DNA from: Mobula hypostoma
Lineage: Eukaryota
DNA length: 64,000 nt
Assembly (NCBI RefSeq): GCF_963921235.1
Contig: NC_086107.1
Coordinates: forward strand, 95,668,001-95,732,000
Direction: 5' to 3'
Part shown: positions 26,255 through 38,821 of the stretch, in pieces
How positions within the stretch are numbered: the stretch's first letter is position 1
How the letters are laid out: every line of letters begins with the position of its first letter
Made by a program: the position numbers and the translations under genes
Notes under the pieces: model-generated
Seen by the model: only the letters and a program-made list of their open reading frames with translations
Databases searched by the model: none
Told to the model about the DNA's origin: nothing

Positions 26255-26822
26255 AGTGAGACCTCCTTCTGTCAGAGTCGACCATGGATGTTGTGTCCTA
26301 GCTGTCTAGATACACAAGCCAGGGCAGTACAATATGGAGAGCAAGCTGTTGCCCTGTAGCAGGCTCCTCCTCTCCGCACAGCTGATGACCCCAAAAGAAC
26401 AGCAGAGACCAATACAGTTTGGTACCAGCAGTGTCACAGGAGTTCCAGTCAGCATTGAACTCAATGTTGGACTGCCTTAGGGACTCCAGCTCAGGTTTTT
26501 TCCCTCGGAGTTTACTCCCGAAGGCTTCCCCATGAGTGGGTGCAGCTGCAAGGCAGTGGAGGTTTGAGGTCAGAGTTTGCCTTCTCCTAGATGAGCTGCC
26601 AAACACGACTGACACGTCCCATCTGCCTGAAGCAACTGGGTTTAAGGTGCCAGCAACCCACCTTTGCCTGTCAGTGGAAACTGTTACGCCAGGCTTAGTA
26701 GCTAAGCCACACATGAAGGCCGGGAGTTGGACTTGGTTTGCAGAGACTATTTGAGGTGCATGCCATTGGGAGTATTTAGTAGATCGTGGGAGCTTGTCCC
26801 CATTACCACCCCCAGCTATAAC
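26255..26822 (-). mobile_element. Short non-autonomous retroposon (SINE-like); partial second copy at about 53135-53510
   Basis: Two clearly homologous copies; the 3' portion shares GTGGAGAGG...GGGCAAC and ATCCATGGTC with the tRNA SINE at 11733. Confidence 0.7.
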
Positions 26823-28240
26823 AACCCTAAGGAACTATCGTTCCTAATAGAACTGCGCACAGTACTGATACAACATCGGACAATAGAGGACCAGGGTCTT
26901 CCACTGACAATACCTGTACTGAACATGATAATTCTTTCTGCTTGTACATGATCCTTCCTTTCCCAGTATATTCACCCAGCTATCTAAAAGCCTCTTAAAT
27001 ACAATTTATTCATTGTCATATTGCACGCAGTTCTTTGCAGCCTTTCTTAAAGAACATTACCTCCCCCCCCCCACCAATCTAATGGCGTCTTACCTATGGC
27101 TAGCAAATATGATCACAAGAGACCCTGAAATTTCTCCCCTGGCTTTCCACAATGTTCTGGGACAGTGTTGTAAAGGACTCATCTTTGTGCTTGTCGAATA
27201 TCTCACCAACACAGTGGCCTTGAGAGTAACAGAACTTCTTATACTTTCACTCTTTCATTAATCCTGTTTAGTTATTACTGTATTCTATAGATTGCTGAGT
27301 ATGTCTGCAGGAAAATAAATCCCAGGGTTGTATATGGGGATGTGTATGTACTCTGATAATAACTTTTTTCTTTGAACTGAGAAAAGTTTTAAAATTATTA
27401 GTGTTATGGTCATAGTTTTCCCCAATGATACTGAAGTCTCTTGCCCTGCTTTCTTTTCCATTGAAGAGGTTGAGTTTTGCCTCTTCTCAAGTTGGGTCAT
27501 CCATATATTGACTGAGAGCAAATCCTAAACATGCTTAACAAATTCCGAGAGACCAGGGGTACAACTCCAACATTCCCTGAGAGTGGTGAAGAAGACATAC
27601 CAGGCAACACACTTGCCTTCATTGATCAGGACATCAGTAACACTCAAAACATCATATCACAGCTGTGTGAGACATTGGTGAGATTGCACCTGGGACATTG
27701 TTTAGAGTTCTGGTCACCATACTACTGAATGATCTGACTAAGTTAGAGAAGGTGCTGAAAAGATTCTGCGGGGTGTTGCCAGTACAGGAGGACCAAATCT
27801 GCAAGGAGCGATGTTATAGGCTAGGACTGTTTTGTCTGGAATGGAGGAAGCCAAGGTGTGACCTTATAGGGGGCCATAAATTAGGTGGATGGTCACAGTC
27901 TTTTTCCCAAGGTAAGGGAGTCATAAAGACAAACAAGCACAGAAATGAGCCCCTTGGATATCCAAGATCCCAATCCAAGCTAGTCCCATATTTGGCCTAT
28001 ATACCTCCAAACTTTTCCTATCTATGTACCTGTTCAAGTAACTACTAAATGTCAACCAATTTCTCTGGCAGCTGATTCCATATACTGACCACCCTGAGTG
28101 AAAATGTTGCTTCTCAGCTTCCTATTAAATCTTAAACCTTATATTGATGCCCTTTAGATCACACAAACCTGGGGAAAATACTGTGTGCATTGGACATTTT
28201 CTTTGTCACTCGTGAGATCACCTCATGTTCTCCTACTTTC

Positions 28241-28644
28241 CAGTGAAGGCAGCCCCAACCTGCACAACTTCTCTCCGTAACTCTGTCCATCAATGAAGGC
28301 AGCCTCAACCTGCACAACCTCTCTCCGTAACTCTGTCCATCAGTGAAGGCAGCCCCAACCAGCACAACCTCTCTCCGTAACTCTGTCCATCAATGAAGGC
28401 AGCCCCAACCTGCACAACCTCTCTCCGTAACTCTGTCCATCAATGAAGGCAGCCCCAACCTGCACAACCTCTCTCCGTAACTCTGTCCATCAATGAAGGC
28501 AGCCCCAACCAGCACAACCTCTCTCCGTAACTCTGTCCATCAATGAAGGCAGCCCCAACCTGTGCAACCTCTTTCCGTAACTCTGTCCATCAATGAAGGC
28601 AGCCCCAACCTGCACAACTTCTCCCCATAGCTCTGTCTATCAAT
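28241..28644. repeat. Tandem repeat, 8 x 50 bp, derived from CR1 coding sequence
   Basis: Unit CAATGAAGGCAGCCCCAACCTGCACAACCTCTCTCCGTAACTCTGTCCAT starts at 28241, 28291 ... 28591. Confidence 0.95.
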
Positions 28645-30087
28645 TCCCAGCAACATCTTACCTACCATAAATGTTAGGCCTATTGGTCTACAGTTCCTAG
28701 GTTTTTCTTTACCAGATCTGGCCCTGGAGAACATATCTACCTTCTGTGCTGTAACGTGGACTAACCTCAAGTTCTGAAGTTTTCATATCCTTCTCCATGA
28801 TAAAAACAAAGGAGAACAATTTACTGAAGATGAAACCCATTTCCTACAGCTCCACTCACAGTTGTCCATTTTGGTCTTTAAAGATTTTGAGAGATACAAA
28901 TCAAATGGGAGGGATTAGCTTGGGAAGGCACATTGGTCAGCATGAATGAGTTGGGCTGAAGGGCCTGTTTCCATGCTCTGTGATGAAGGACCAAGAATTT
29001 TTGCCAAATATTTTCATTATTTTTATCTCACTATGTTTTGTGCAGGTTAGTTGTAGCTTCTGGAAATTACCTATTATAGAACTCTTTTATGTCCTTACAA
29101 ATTTGTCCTTTGGGATGCGAGTAGACTCGTTCCTGTCATCCACTCGTACAATGCACGAATAATCAATGCCAACACAAAAGGGTGGTGGTGGTCCATACAT
29201 TTCATGGCTCCTCACCACTGCACCTTACAGCCTTCCAGAGTTTCAGACATAATTTTTAATATAAGTTAATTTCTTAATACCTTCGCCCCTCCAGTCAAAG
29301 AACTTTCGGTATATATTGAATGCTTTAGGATTCTCTTTCATCCGACTTGCCAAGACCCTTCCAGGCTCTCATAATTCCCTTCTTTTCTTTTCTGGCTTCT
29401 ATATAATCATGAAGGACTCTGTTTGGTTTTAACTTTCTAAACCATACATATGCCTCCTTCTTAAATTCACCACCTCTATCAACATCTAAGGTTTCCTTAT
29501 CTTGCCATTCCAGTGCTGTCTCCTTATTGGGATCAACCTGCCCTGTTACTCTGTGCATTTGGTCTTTAACCATCCTCCACGCTGATTTGTTTTCACCTAA
29601 ACAGCTGTTCCCCATCAGTTCTCTCTAGTTCCTGCCTAATATTCTTGCAGTGCACCCTGCTCCAATTTAATACTCTCCCATGAGGTCCAGACTTATCTGT
29701 ACCTATAGACATCTTAAAATTTAAGAAGTTGTGGTCACCATTCCCCAACTGTTCTCCCCCAAAAGCTCAGTCACCTGGCTTGGCTCATTTCCCAATACTA
29801 GTTCCAGTATGGTCCTTCCTCTTGTTAAATTATCTAAATACTGATTTAACAAACCTCCAAGGTGCACCTATGAATTCTGCACGTCTAATCCTTTTGTACC
29901 AAGGAGGTTCCAGTGTATATTGGGGAAGTTGAAGTCACTCATGACAACAACATTGTTGCTTTTACACCGTTCCCTAATCAGCCCACATATCAGTTCCTCA
30001 CTGTTTCAGTGGCTCTGGTGTGGGGTGGGGAGTGTCCTGTGATTTAATCCCATCAGAGTGATTGCACTTTTTAAAGTTCTATTCATA

Positions 30088-30482
30088 TGGTGGCGGGGTG
30101 GAGATGCGTCTCTGCCAAAGGAGGTGTAAGGTGCTCCTTCCCTCCACTATCCTGCAGGTCACCCTTGGGCAAAGTGTAGTACCTGCTTAGCCCCCCCCCC
30201 CCCGCCGATCAGGGGCACATGAAGCCGTGGGAGCAGGTGGTGGATGGTCGTGGGAGCCCCTGGTGCACATCACAAGTCCTGGTTATGTGACCACTGACGC
30301 CAGGCAGACAATCTCTGTAGAGTATTGATAATGGCTGAGGTCACCTGTCTTATAAAGACAGTGCCCAGAAGAAGTCAATGGCAAACCACTTCTGTAGAAA
30401 AATTGGCCAAAAACAATCATGGTCATGGATAAGACTGTGATCGTCTATATCAGTACGACATGGCACATGATGATGATGATGA
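30088..30482 (+). mobile_element. Non-autonomous RTE-tailed retroposon; second copy on the minus strand at about 35780-37018, split by an LTR
   Basis: GGCAAACCACTTCTGTAGAAAAATT RTE-like 3' motif, (GAT)n tail, two homologous copies. Confidence 0.75.
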
Positions 30483-30599
30483 ATCATAGGGACTCAGTGG
30501 ATGAGTCCTCTCCGAGTATAGCACAGGAGCTGGCTCTTTGGCCCAAAATGATTTGCCAAACCAATTAAATTAGCAATCAAATTGCTGACTAAACTAATA

Positions 30600-32513
30600 A
30601 GACCATAAGACATAGGAGCAGAATTAGGCCATTCAGCCCATCGAGTGTGCTCCACCATTTCATCATACTCAACTCCATACACCTGCTTTCTCGCCATATC
30701 CTTTGATGCCCTGACTGATCAGGAAACAATCAACTTCCACCTTAAATATACGCATGGACTTGGCCTCCACTGCAGTCTGTAGCAGAGCATACCACATATT
30801 CACTACTCTCTAGTGAAAAACATTCCTCCTTACCTCTGTTTTAAAGGGTCGCCTCTCAATTTTGAGGCTGTGCCCTCTAGTTCTGGATACCCCCACCATA
30901 GGAAACATCCTCTCCATATTCACTCAATCTAGTCCTTTCAACATCTGGTAGGTTTCAATGAGATTCCACCCACCCCCCCATATTCTTCTAAATTCCAGAG
31001 AATATAGGCCCAAAGCTGCCAAACACTCTCATTTGTTAACCCCTTCATTCCTGGAATCATCCTTGTGAATCCGCTCTGGGCTCTCTCCAATGACAACACA
31101 TCCTTTCTGAGATTTGGGGCCCAAAACTCTTAACAATACTCCAAGTGCGGTCTGACAAGTGTCTTATAAAGGCTTAGTGTTATCTCCTTGCTTTTATATT
31201 CTATTCCCCTTGGAAGAAATGCCAAAATTTCATTTGCCTTCTTTACCACAGACTCGACCTGTAAATTAACCTTCTGGAAGTCTTGCACGAAGACTCCTAA
31301 ATCCCTCTGCACCTCTGAAGTTTGAACCTTCTCCCCATTTATTTAATAGTCCGCATTATTCTTCCTTTTACCAAAATGCATTATCATACATTTCCCAACA
31401 CTGCATCTGCCACTTTTTTGCCCATTCTTCCAATTTGTCTAAGTTCTGCTGCAATTGCATTGCTTCCTCAGCACTACCTACCCCTTCACCTATCTTTGTA
31501 TCATCTGCAAACTTTGCCACAAAGCCATCAATTCCATTTTCCAAATCATTGACAAACAATGAGAAAAGTAGCAGTCCCAATACTAACCCCTGAGGAACAC
31601 TGCTAGTCAACCAAAAAAGACCCCTTTTATTCCCACTTGCTGTTTCCTGCTTGTCAGCCATTCTATCCATGCCAGTATCTTTCCTGTAAAGCCATAGTAT
31701 TTTATATTGTTAAGCAGCCTCATGTGTGGCACCTTATTAAATGCCTTCTGAAAATCCAAGTAAATGACATCCACTACCTCTCCTTTGTCTACCCTGCTTG
31801 TTACTTCCTTGAAGAACTCTTAACAGATTTGTTAGGCAAATTTTTCCTTTACAGAAACCATGCTGACTTTGACTTATTTTATCATTAGTCGCCAAGTACC
31901 CTGAAATCTCATCTTTTATAATGGACTCCAACACTTTTCCAACCATTGAGGTTAGGATAACTGGCCTATAATTCCCTTTCTTTTGCCTACCTCCCTTCTT
32001 AAAGAGTGGAGTGACATTTGCAATCTTCCTCTGGGACCATGCCAGAATCAAGTGATTCCTGAAAGACCATGACCAATGCATCCAATAATCTCTTCTGACT
32101 ACACAATGCCCATATCCTTCCATTTTCCTCACATTCAGGTGCCTTTCTAAACATCTCTTTAAAGTTTCTAATGTTTCTGCCTCTACCAACACCACAGGCA
32201 GTGCATTCCAGGCACCCACCACACCCTCTGTGTAAAAATACTTGCCCCTCACAGCTCCTTTCATATTGCACCCCCCCCACCTTAAATGTGTGCCCTTTTG
32301 TATTAGACATCTTTGGAAAAAGACATTGTCTGTCTATTCTATCTATGGCTCTCATAATCTTAAAAAACCTCGATCAGATCTCCTCACAGTCTCTGACACT
32401 CCAGAGAAAACCACCCAAGTCTGTCCAGCCTCTCACGTGTGCTCTAATCCAGGCAACATCCTGGTAAATCTCTTCTGCACTCTCTCCAACGGCTCAACAA
32501 CCTTCCTATAATG
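30600..32513 (-). mobile_element. Nested CR1 LINE fragments
   Basis: KFADDTK, LYKTLVRPHLEYC, NYRPVILTSMVGKVLE; the younger copy continues at 34764-35770 after the hAT insertion. Confidence 0.9.
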
Positions 32514-34755
32514 CTGGGATTCCCAATGGGGGCATTAGGGGAAATAGAATTTTTCGGGGGGGGGCGGTCAAGATTCTTGGGGGTGTGGTGGTAAGCATCA
32601 CCCTAACTTGAGGCAAGAGACCAGACCGACTATGTCAACTTGCTGCTGTCATCAACATCGGATAGGCATTCCCAGTTTGTGTTAATTGTTAACTTTAATT
32701 TAGCCCTGTTAATGATGGGTAAATATGCAAGGTGCAATATCTACGAGTCTGAGGCAGTGAAGCCTTGAATTCTAATCCTGCAAAGAAACAGAAACTACAG
32801 AAAGTGCATCAATGCAATGTTACATACTTCGAGTATGGTTTATTCCATTCCCATCAGATCAGCAACGCCCCATGTGTGTAATTTGTAATACTGTACTGTC
32901 TAATGAAACCACAAAACCATCAAGATTGCAGGAACACTTCCGTAAAAGACATCCTGAAAAGGCTACTTCTGGTATTACTCGGTTCCCGAAGATGAAAGCA
33001 GCTTTTGAAAAGCATTGCACACTCGAGCCATTTACCAAGAAAGCTAAAAGTGACCTTGATAGTCGTCTTGTTGCTTATAACATTTTCAAAATGATGGCAA
33101 TGTGTAGAAAATCTCATATATTTGGTGAAAGATTAGCAATGCCTTCTATATCAGAAGTGCTCACCACTGTTCTCAAAATGGATACCAGTATTTTAAAATC
33201 AATTCCTCTGAGTAATAACTCAGTAGCTTGTCATATTGATGAAATGAGTGAAGACACTGAGTATCAACTATACACAGAGTTACAAAAAAACAGAATTTGG
33301 GATACAACTGGATAAGTCAACTGTGTGAGACAATAAGGAATTGCTAATGGCATATGTACGATTTATCAAAAATGGAAAAGTTTATGAAAAGATTCTCTTT
33401 TGTAAAAAGTTAAAAACAAATTTCAATGGAGAATCAATCTACAATGAGCTCAAAATGTATATTGAGGATAAAAGTATTCCGATTAGGAACATGATTTCTT
33501 GTGCAATAGATGGAGCACCATATATGACAGGTCGCCTTGCTGGTTTAGTGGCATTTTGAAAAAAGAAATTCCAAGTCTGTTTGCAATCCATTGTGTAATT
33601 GATTGTCAACATTTCACAGCCAAAAAACCTCAGCCAGCGACTTTCTTCAAGCATGACCATTGTAATATCTGCTTTCAACAAAATTAAAACTCAGCCATTA
33701 AATAGCAAAATATTTCACCAGTTTTGCCAAGATTACAATGAAGAGTTTGAACACTTGCTTCTTTACACTGAAATGTGTTGGCTGTCAAAAGGCTGCTGCT
33801 TAAAATGTTACTTTAATCTTTTTGACACCGTGGTTGAATTTTTGCTCAAAGTCGACTAGAACTTGGGAAACAAGATTGTATGTCTGTGTGGAGATGTGGC
33901 ATACCTAGCTGATCTGTGTGACAAAATAAACATTCTAACTATGAAACTGTTGGGTGAGAATTTCAATTCAATCTTGGCAAAAAGTGCAATGTCCACTTCT
34001 ATCAGAAAATTGCAAATATATAAGCAAAACACTGAGAGAATGATGATCTCACAGTTTCCCTGCATGGAAAGTATGGCACTCTCTTTCACAGTCGGTAATT
34101 TGCAAGAGTACTGCTTACACCTGCAGTCAGTGAAGAAGGATTTTCAGAATCGATTCAAGGATTTGAATGATCTGGAAATTCTGGACTAGGTAATTAACCC
34201 ATTTCTTTGCAAGGTGGAAGAACAGGAAGAGAGCTTGCAAGAAGAAATTATCAAAGTTCAGAATGATGAAGAAGCAAAAATGCTTTTCAAAAATGTCAGC
34301 TTTTGTGAAATGTCATATGAAATTTCCTGGTCTTTGGAGAAGAGCCAAACTGCTCTGCATTGTATTTCCATCTTCCTACCATGTTAAAAGAGGCTTCAGT
34401 ACAGTGAACTACATACTTACAAAAAAACGGAAACCCCTTGGACATTGTTACGCATGGAGACTTAAGGCTTTTGCTGTCACAACTTGAACCAGATATTTCA
34501 ACTCTTGCTAAAAGCCATCAAGCTCAAGGATTACATTGATATCAAAGATGCTGTACAGTGCACAGGTACAGTGTAAGCTAGATTTAAAGACAAATAAAAA
34601 TTTAAAGTGGAATCATTTTTCTCATGTTAGCATATGGTGGACATGTTTTTACACCATGGGGGTTCCGGAAAGTATATTGTGTCTAAGAGGGGTGCTGACA
34701 AGTATGAAAGTGCTTTAGGGGGGTACTGGGCTAAAAAAAAGGTTGGGAAACACTT
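32514..34755 (+). mobile_element. Full-length but decayed hAT transposon (Charlie/Buster/SPIN-like) with transposase pseudogene
   Basis: 8-bp TSD CTATAATG (32506-32513, 34756-34763); degenerate TIRs CTGGGATTCCCAA / TTGGGAAACACTT; BED finger RPMCVICNTVLSNETTKPSRLQEHF, IDGAP, IHCVI, CWLSKG and FPSSY motifs spread over frameshifted ORFs 32812-34487. Confidence 0.92.
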
Positions 34756-35955
34756 CTATAATGGAACGACCAGAACTGTATGCAATACTGTAGATGTGGC
34801 CTAACTAGAGTTTTGTAAAGTGCAACATAACTTCCTGACTTCTGAACTCAATGCCTCGACTAGTAAAGGGAAGGTGCCTTCTTAATCGCCCTGTCAACCT
34901 GTGCAGCCACTTTTAGGGAGGTATGAACTTGGGACCCAAGATTCCTCTGCTCATCAACACTGTTAAGGATCTTGGCTGTAAAAGTGTACTGTCTGTTTGC
35001 ATTTGGCCAGGTTAAACTCCAACTGCCATTTTTCCGCCCATAATACAACTGATCTATATCTCATTGTATCCTTTGCCAGTCTTCTAAGCTATCCACAACA
35101 CCACCAATCTCCGTATCACCTGCAAACTTGTTAACCCACCCATCTACATTTTCATCCAGGTCATTTATATACATCACAGGCAGCAAGAGGTTCCAATACA
35201 GATTCTTGTGGAAGACCACTAATGACAGACCTCCAGCTAAAATAAGTCTCTTTAACCACTACCCTCTGTCTTCTGTGGGCAAACCAGTTCTGAATCCAAA
35301 TGGCCAATTCCCCATGGATCACATGCATCTTAATCAACTGTGAGCCTACCATGAGAAACCTTGTAAAACACCTTACTAAAATCCACATAGACATAGCTCT
35401 ACCTTCATCAATCATCCCCGTCAGAAAACTCAATCAAGTTAGTAAGACATGACTTGCCCCGCACAAAGCTATGCTGGTCCCCCCTAATTAGGCCATGGTT
35501 TTCCATATGCTCATAGATCTTATCCCAAAGAATTCCCTCCAGTAATTTCCCTACCACTGATGTGAGACTCACAGTCTATAGTTTCCAGGTTTATCCCTGG
35601 CTCCCTTCTTGAATAATAGAACATTTGCAACCAGCCCATCTTCTGGGACCTTGCCTATGGCAAGAAAGGGCACAAAGATATTGGTCAAGGCCCCAACAAT
35701 CTCTTCTCTCGTCTTTCGCAATAACCTGGGATATATCCCATCAGGTCCTCGGGACTTAACAACTTCAAACCCCAACACTCATCTTTATCGTTATGTGCCA
35801 TGTCGTATGATGTGGGCAATCATGGTCTTATCCATGACCATGATTGTTCTTGGCAAATTTTTCTACAGAAGTTGTTTGCCATTGCCGCCTTCTGGGCAGT
35901 GTCTTTACAAGCCAGATGACCCCAGCCATTATCAATACTCTTCAGAGATTGAGTG

Positions 35956-36836
35956 TGTTACATAATTCAAGGACATCTGTGATTTTTTTTGTGAGAATGA
36001 TGTAATGGTCTTTTGGAGGTCACCTGATGTAATTTTCCCGCCGATGTGAGGTCACGTGATGACATGTGCACCACGGATATATAAGGGAAGACCTCAGATG
36101 ACGTAGTTAGTTTTTAGTTTTTCGTTTTCCAGCTAGAACGTTGATGTGTCTCCTTTTCTGTTGCCTATTTGTTTTTATGACACAGTTTCATTTTTAAAAC
36201 GGAGTGTTACATTCTGTTGCGAGGTACAATAGTGCTGGACTGGAAATTTTTGCTAGATGTGTTGATGTACCTTATTCCAGCAGTAGTACGGGAGAGTGAA
36301 GACTTTATCGAAGTACAGGACCCGAAGGATTGAGAGGAGTCGGTGTCGTTTGGCGGTTTAACAAAGGATCGACCTTATTGAGTCTTTGTTGAAGGAGTAG
36401 TGACCTGCATCAAAGATAACTCTTGCCAAAAGAGCAAAAAGTTCATGCAAGGTGCTCGCTAGAATTTAAGGTCAGTTGTTTTAAACTGTTTATTTCCTGC
36501 ATCGTGAACCCTTTGGTCAGAACCAGCAGGAAAGTCGCATCTATGAAGAAATCCTTCTCCAGAGAAGTCTCTCCCAATTGAATATATAAATCTGCTGGAC
36601 TTTCGAATTTACCATTTTAAGAACTATATCTGACTTTACCGCTTTAAGAACTGTTTTTGCATTTAACACTTTAAGAACCAGTGCCGCGTGACGATTTGTT
36701 GAACGGCTGCATAGCGGTTAACTTCCGGTTAAGGTTTTCGTTTGTTTTTTTTATTGTTTACCCGTGTTTAATAAATGTTTGGTTGTTTTTATATAACCTG
36801 TCTCGATTGATATTCATTATTGCCGGTTACGTAACA
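35956..36836 (+). mobile_element. Solo LTR (881 bp)
   Basis: TGTTAC...GTAACA inverted termini; TSD AGTG (35952-35955, 36837-36840); TATATAA near 36078 and AATAAA near 36770. Confidence 0.88.
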
Positions 36837-37387
36837 AGTGGCATCAGTGATCACATAACCAGGACTTGTGATATTCACCTCCTGCTCCCATGGCTTCATT
36901 TCGCCCTGATCAGGGGCTAAGCAAGTGCTACACCTTGCCCAAGGGTGACCAGCAGGCTAGCAGAGGGAAGGAGCACCTTACTCCTCCTTTGGAAGAGAAT
37001 ATCTGCCCGTTGCCACCCAATGCTCAACACTACATCCTCCTCTCCCTTGAAATGCTCTAGTACATCAATATGCTCAGCACAGATCTCCTGGTCCTCCATG
37101 TCCTTCTCCTTGGTAAGTACTGAAGTGAAGTACTGATTAAGGACCTCACCCACGTTCTCCACATCCAAGCAAATGTTCCCCCCTTTATCCTTGAGTGGTC
37201 CTATCCCGTCCCTAGTTATGCTCTAGCTCTTGAGATATGTACACAATATCTTAGGATTCTCTTTAATCCTACTTGCCAAGGACTTTTTATGGCCCCTCCT
37301 GGCATTTCTAATTCTCTTCTATTCTTTTCTGGCTTCTTTATAATCCTCAAGACCTCTGTTCGATTCTAGCCTCACAAGCTTCACATG

Positions 37388-38210
37388 TGTAATAGCCTTG
37401 TAAGGATTCCTGCTGCTATGCTGTGGGGTAGTTGGTATTAGCAGTTTCCTGTAAAGGCAGTGTGCTATGCCAGAAAGTCAGCTTTGGCTTCGGCTAAGAT
37501 TAGGACCCATGTTGTCCAACTTAGGAATGTGAGTCAGCCAGTCAGGATTGTGGGATGTGAGAGAAGGTTCTAGAGTGTTGCGGGGAAAAGTTTTCTGAAG
37601 GACAGTCATCTGGTTTGGGGTCTTTTGGCGGGAGCTGCAGAGCGGGGCACGAGGGAAGATGCCTCAGAGTCCCCGGTGCAAGAAGTGCTTTTTGCAGATG
37701 AATGGCTCCAAGGAAGAAAGCCCATTGCTCCTGAGGGAGGGTCAGTTCATTCGAGATCATCTTTGAGGGGAGCTCAGAATGTGGTGGGAGCTTTCACACA
37801 GACCGTGGGTCCAGCGGGTGAGTGAGAGATACACCTCCAAATATGTGCACGTTGGACTGGTTTAACTGCCATAGGCCCTTTTATTTCTCTTTTCTTTTTC
37901 TATAACTGTTTGTTAAAGTTGAAAATTTGGTAAATATATTTCTTTATAATTTTATGCTGGTGTACGATCTGTCATTTCTGGGTGACCGATAACTGTGTAT
38001 ATGGGCAGTATTTACACAGCATTCACTCAAATCGAGGTTTCTTTAATCAGAACATCACAACATTCCTGTTTGGTTGAGCCCCAGATCATACCAACCCTCG
38101 AGGTAGATTGTGTATGAACGGTGGTCTTCTCACCGCTGAGTCCCGTGGCTGTCAGCAGAGCTAGCTGACGAGCCAAGTTTGTGGATGAGCCTTGGTGAGA
38201 GGATTATACA
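37388..38210 (+). mobile_element. Probable solo LTR inside a CR1
   Basis: TGTAAT...ATTATACA termini, with CR1 sequence resuming on both sides; the TSD is imperfect (CATG/CACT). Confidence 0.5.
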
Positions 38211-38821
38211 CACTTTTCCTTTTTCTTCTTGACTAAATTTTTCACCTCTCTCAATATCCATGGTTCTCTTACCTTGCTATCCCAGTGCTTTCTCCTTATT
38301 GGAACCAACTTGTCCTGTATTCTGTGCAGTTAGCCTTTAAACCCTCTCCACATGTCAGATGTGGACTTGCCAAACGTTCCCAATTAACTCTCCCTAGTTC
38401 CTGCCTAATAGGCATCCATTAGTCTCGTGAGACCATGAATTTGTGCCTTGGAAGGTTTCCAGGGCGCAGGCCTGAGCAAGGTTGTATGGAAGACTGGCAG
38501 TTGCCCATGCTGCAAGTCTCCTCTCTCCACGCCACCGATGTTGTCCAAGGGAAGGGCACTAGGGCTGATACAGCTTGTCACCAGTGTCATCACAGAGCAA
38601 TATGTGGTTAAGTGCCTTGCTCAAGGACACAACATGCTGCCACAGCTGAGGCTTGAACTAGCGACCTTCAGATCACTAGACTGATGCCTTAACCACTTGG
38701 CCATGCACCAACATATCCTGCCTAATGGTCTTGTAATTTTGCCCTGCTCCATTTTAATTCTCTCCCGCAAAGTTCATACTTATCCTTATACCATCTTAAA
38801 ACTTAACAAGTTGTGGTCATT

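Noticed and set aside
26660..26822. Possible HDV-like fold at the head of the 26.3-26.8 kb element (minus strand)
   Set aside because: P1 needs two G.U pairs and P2/P1.1 could not be built convincingly.
28241..28644. CRISPR-like array
   Set aside because: No unique spacers, no cas genes, eukaryotic context; the unit is CR1-derived.
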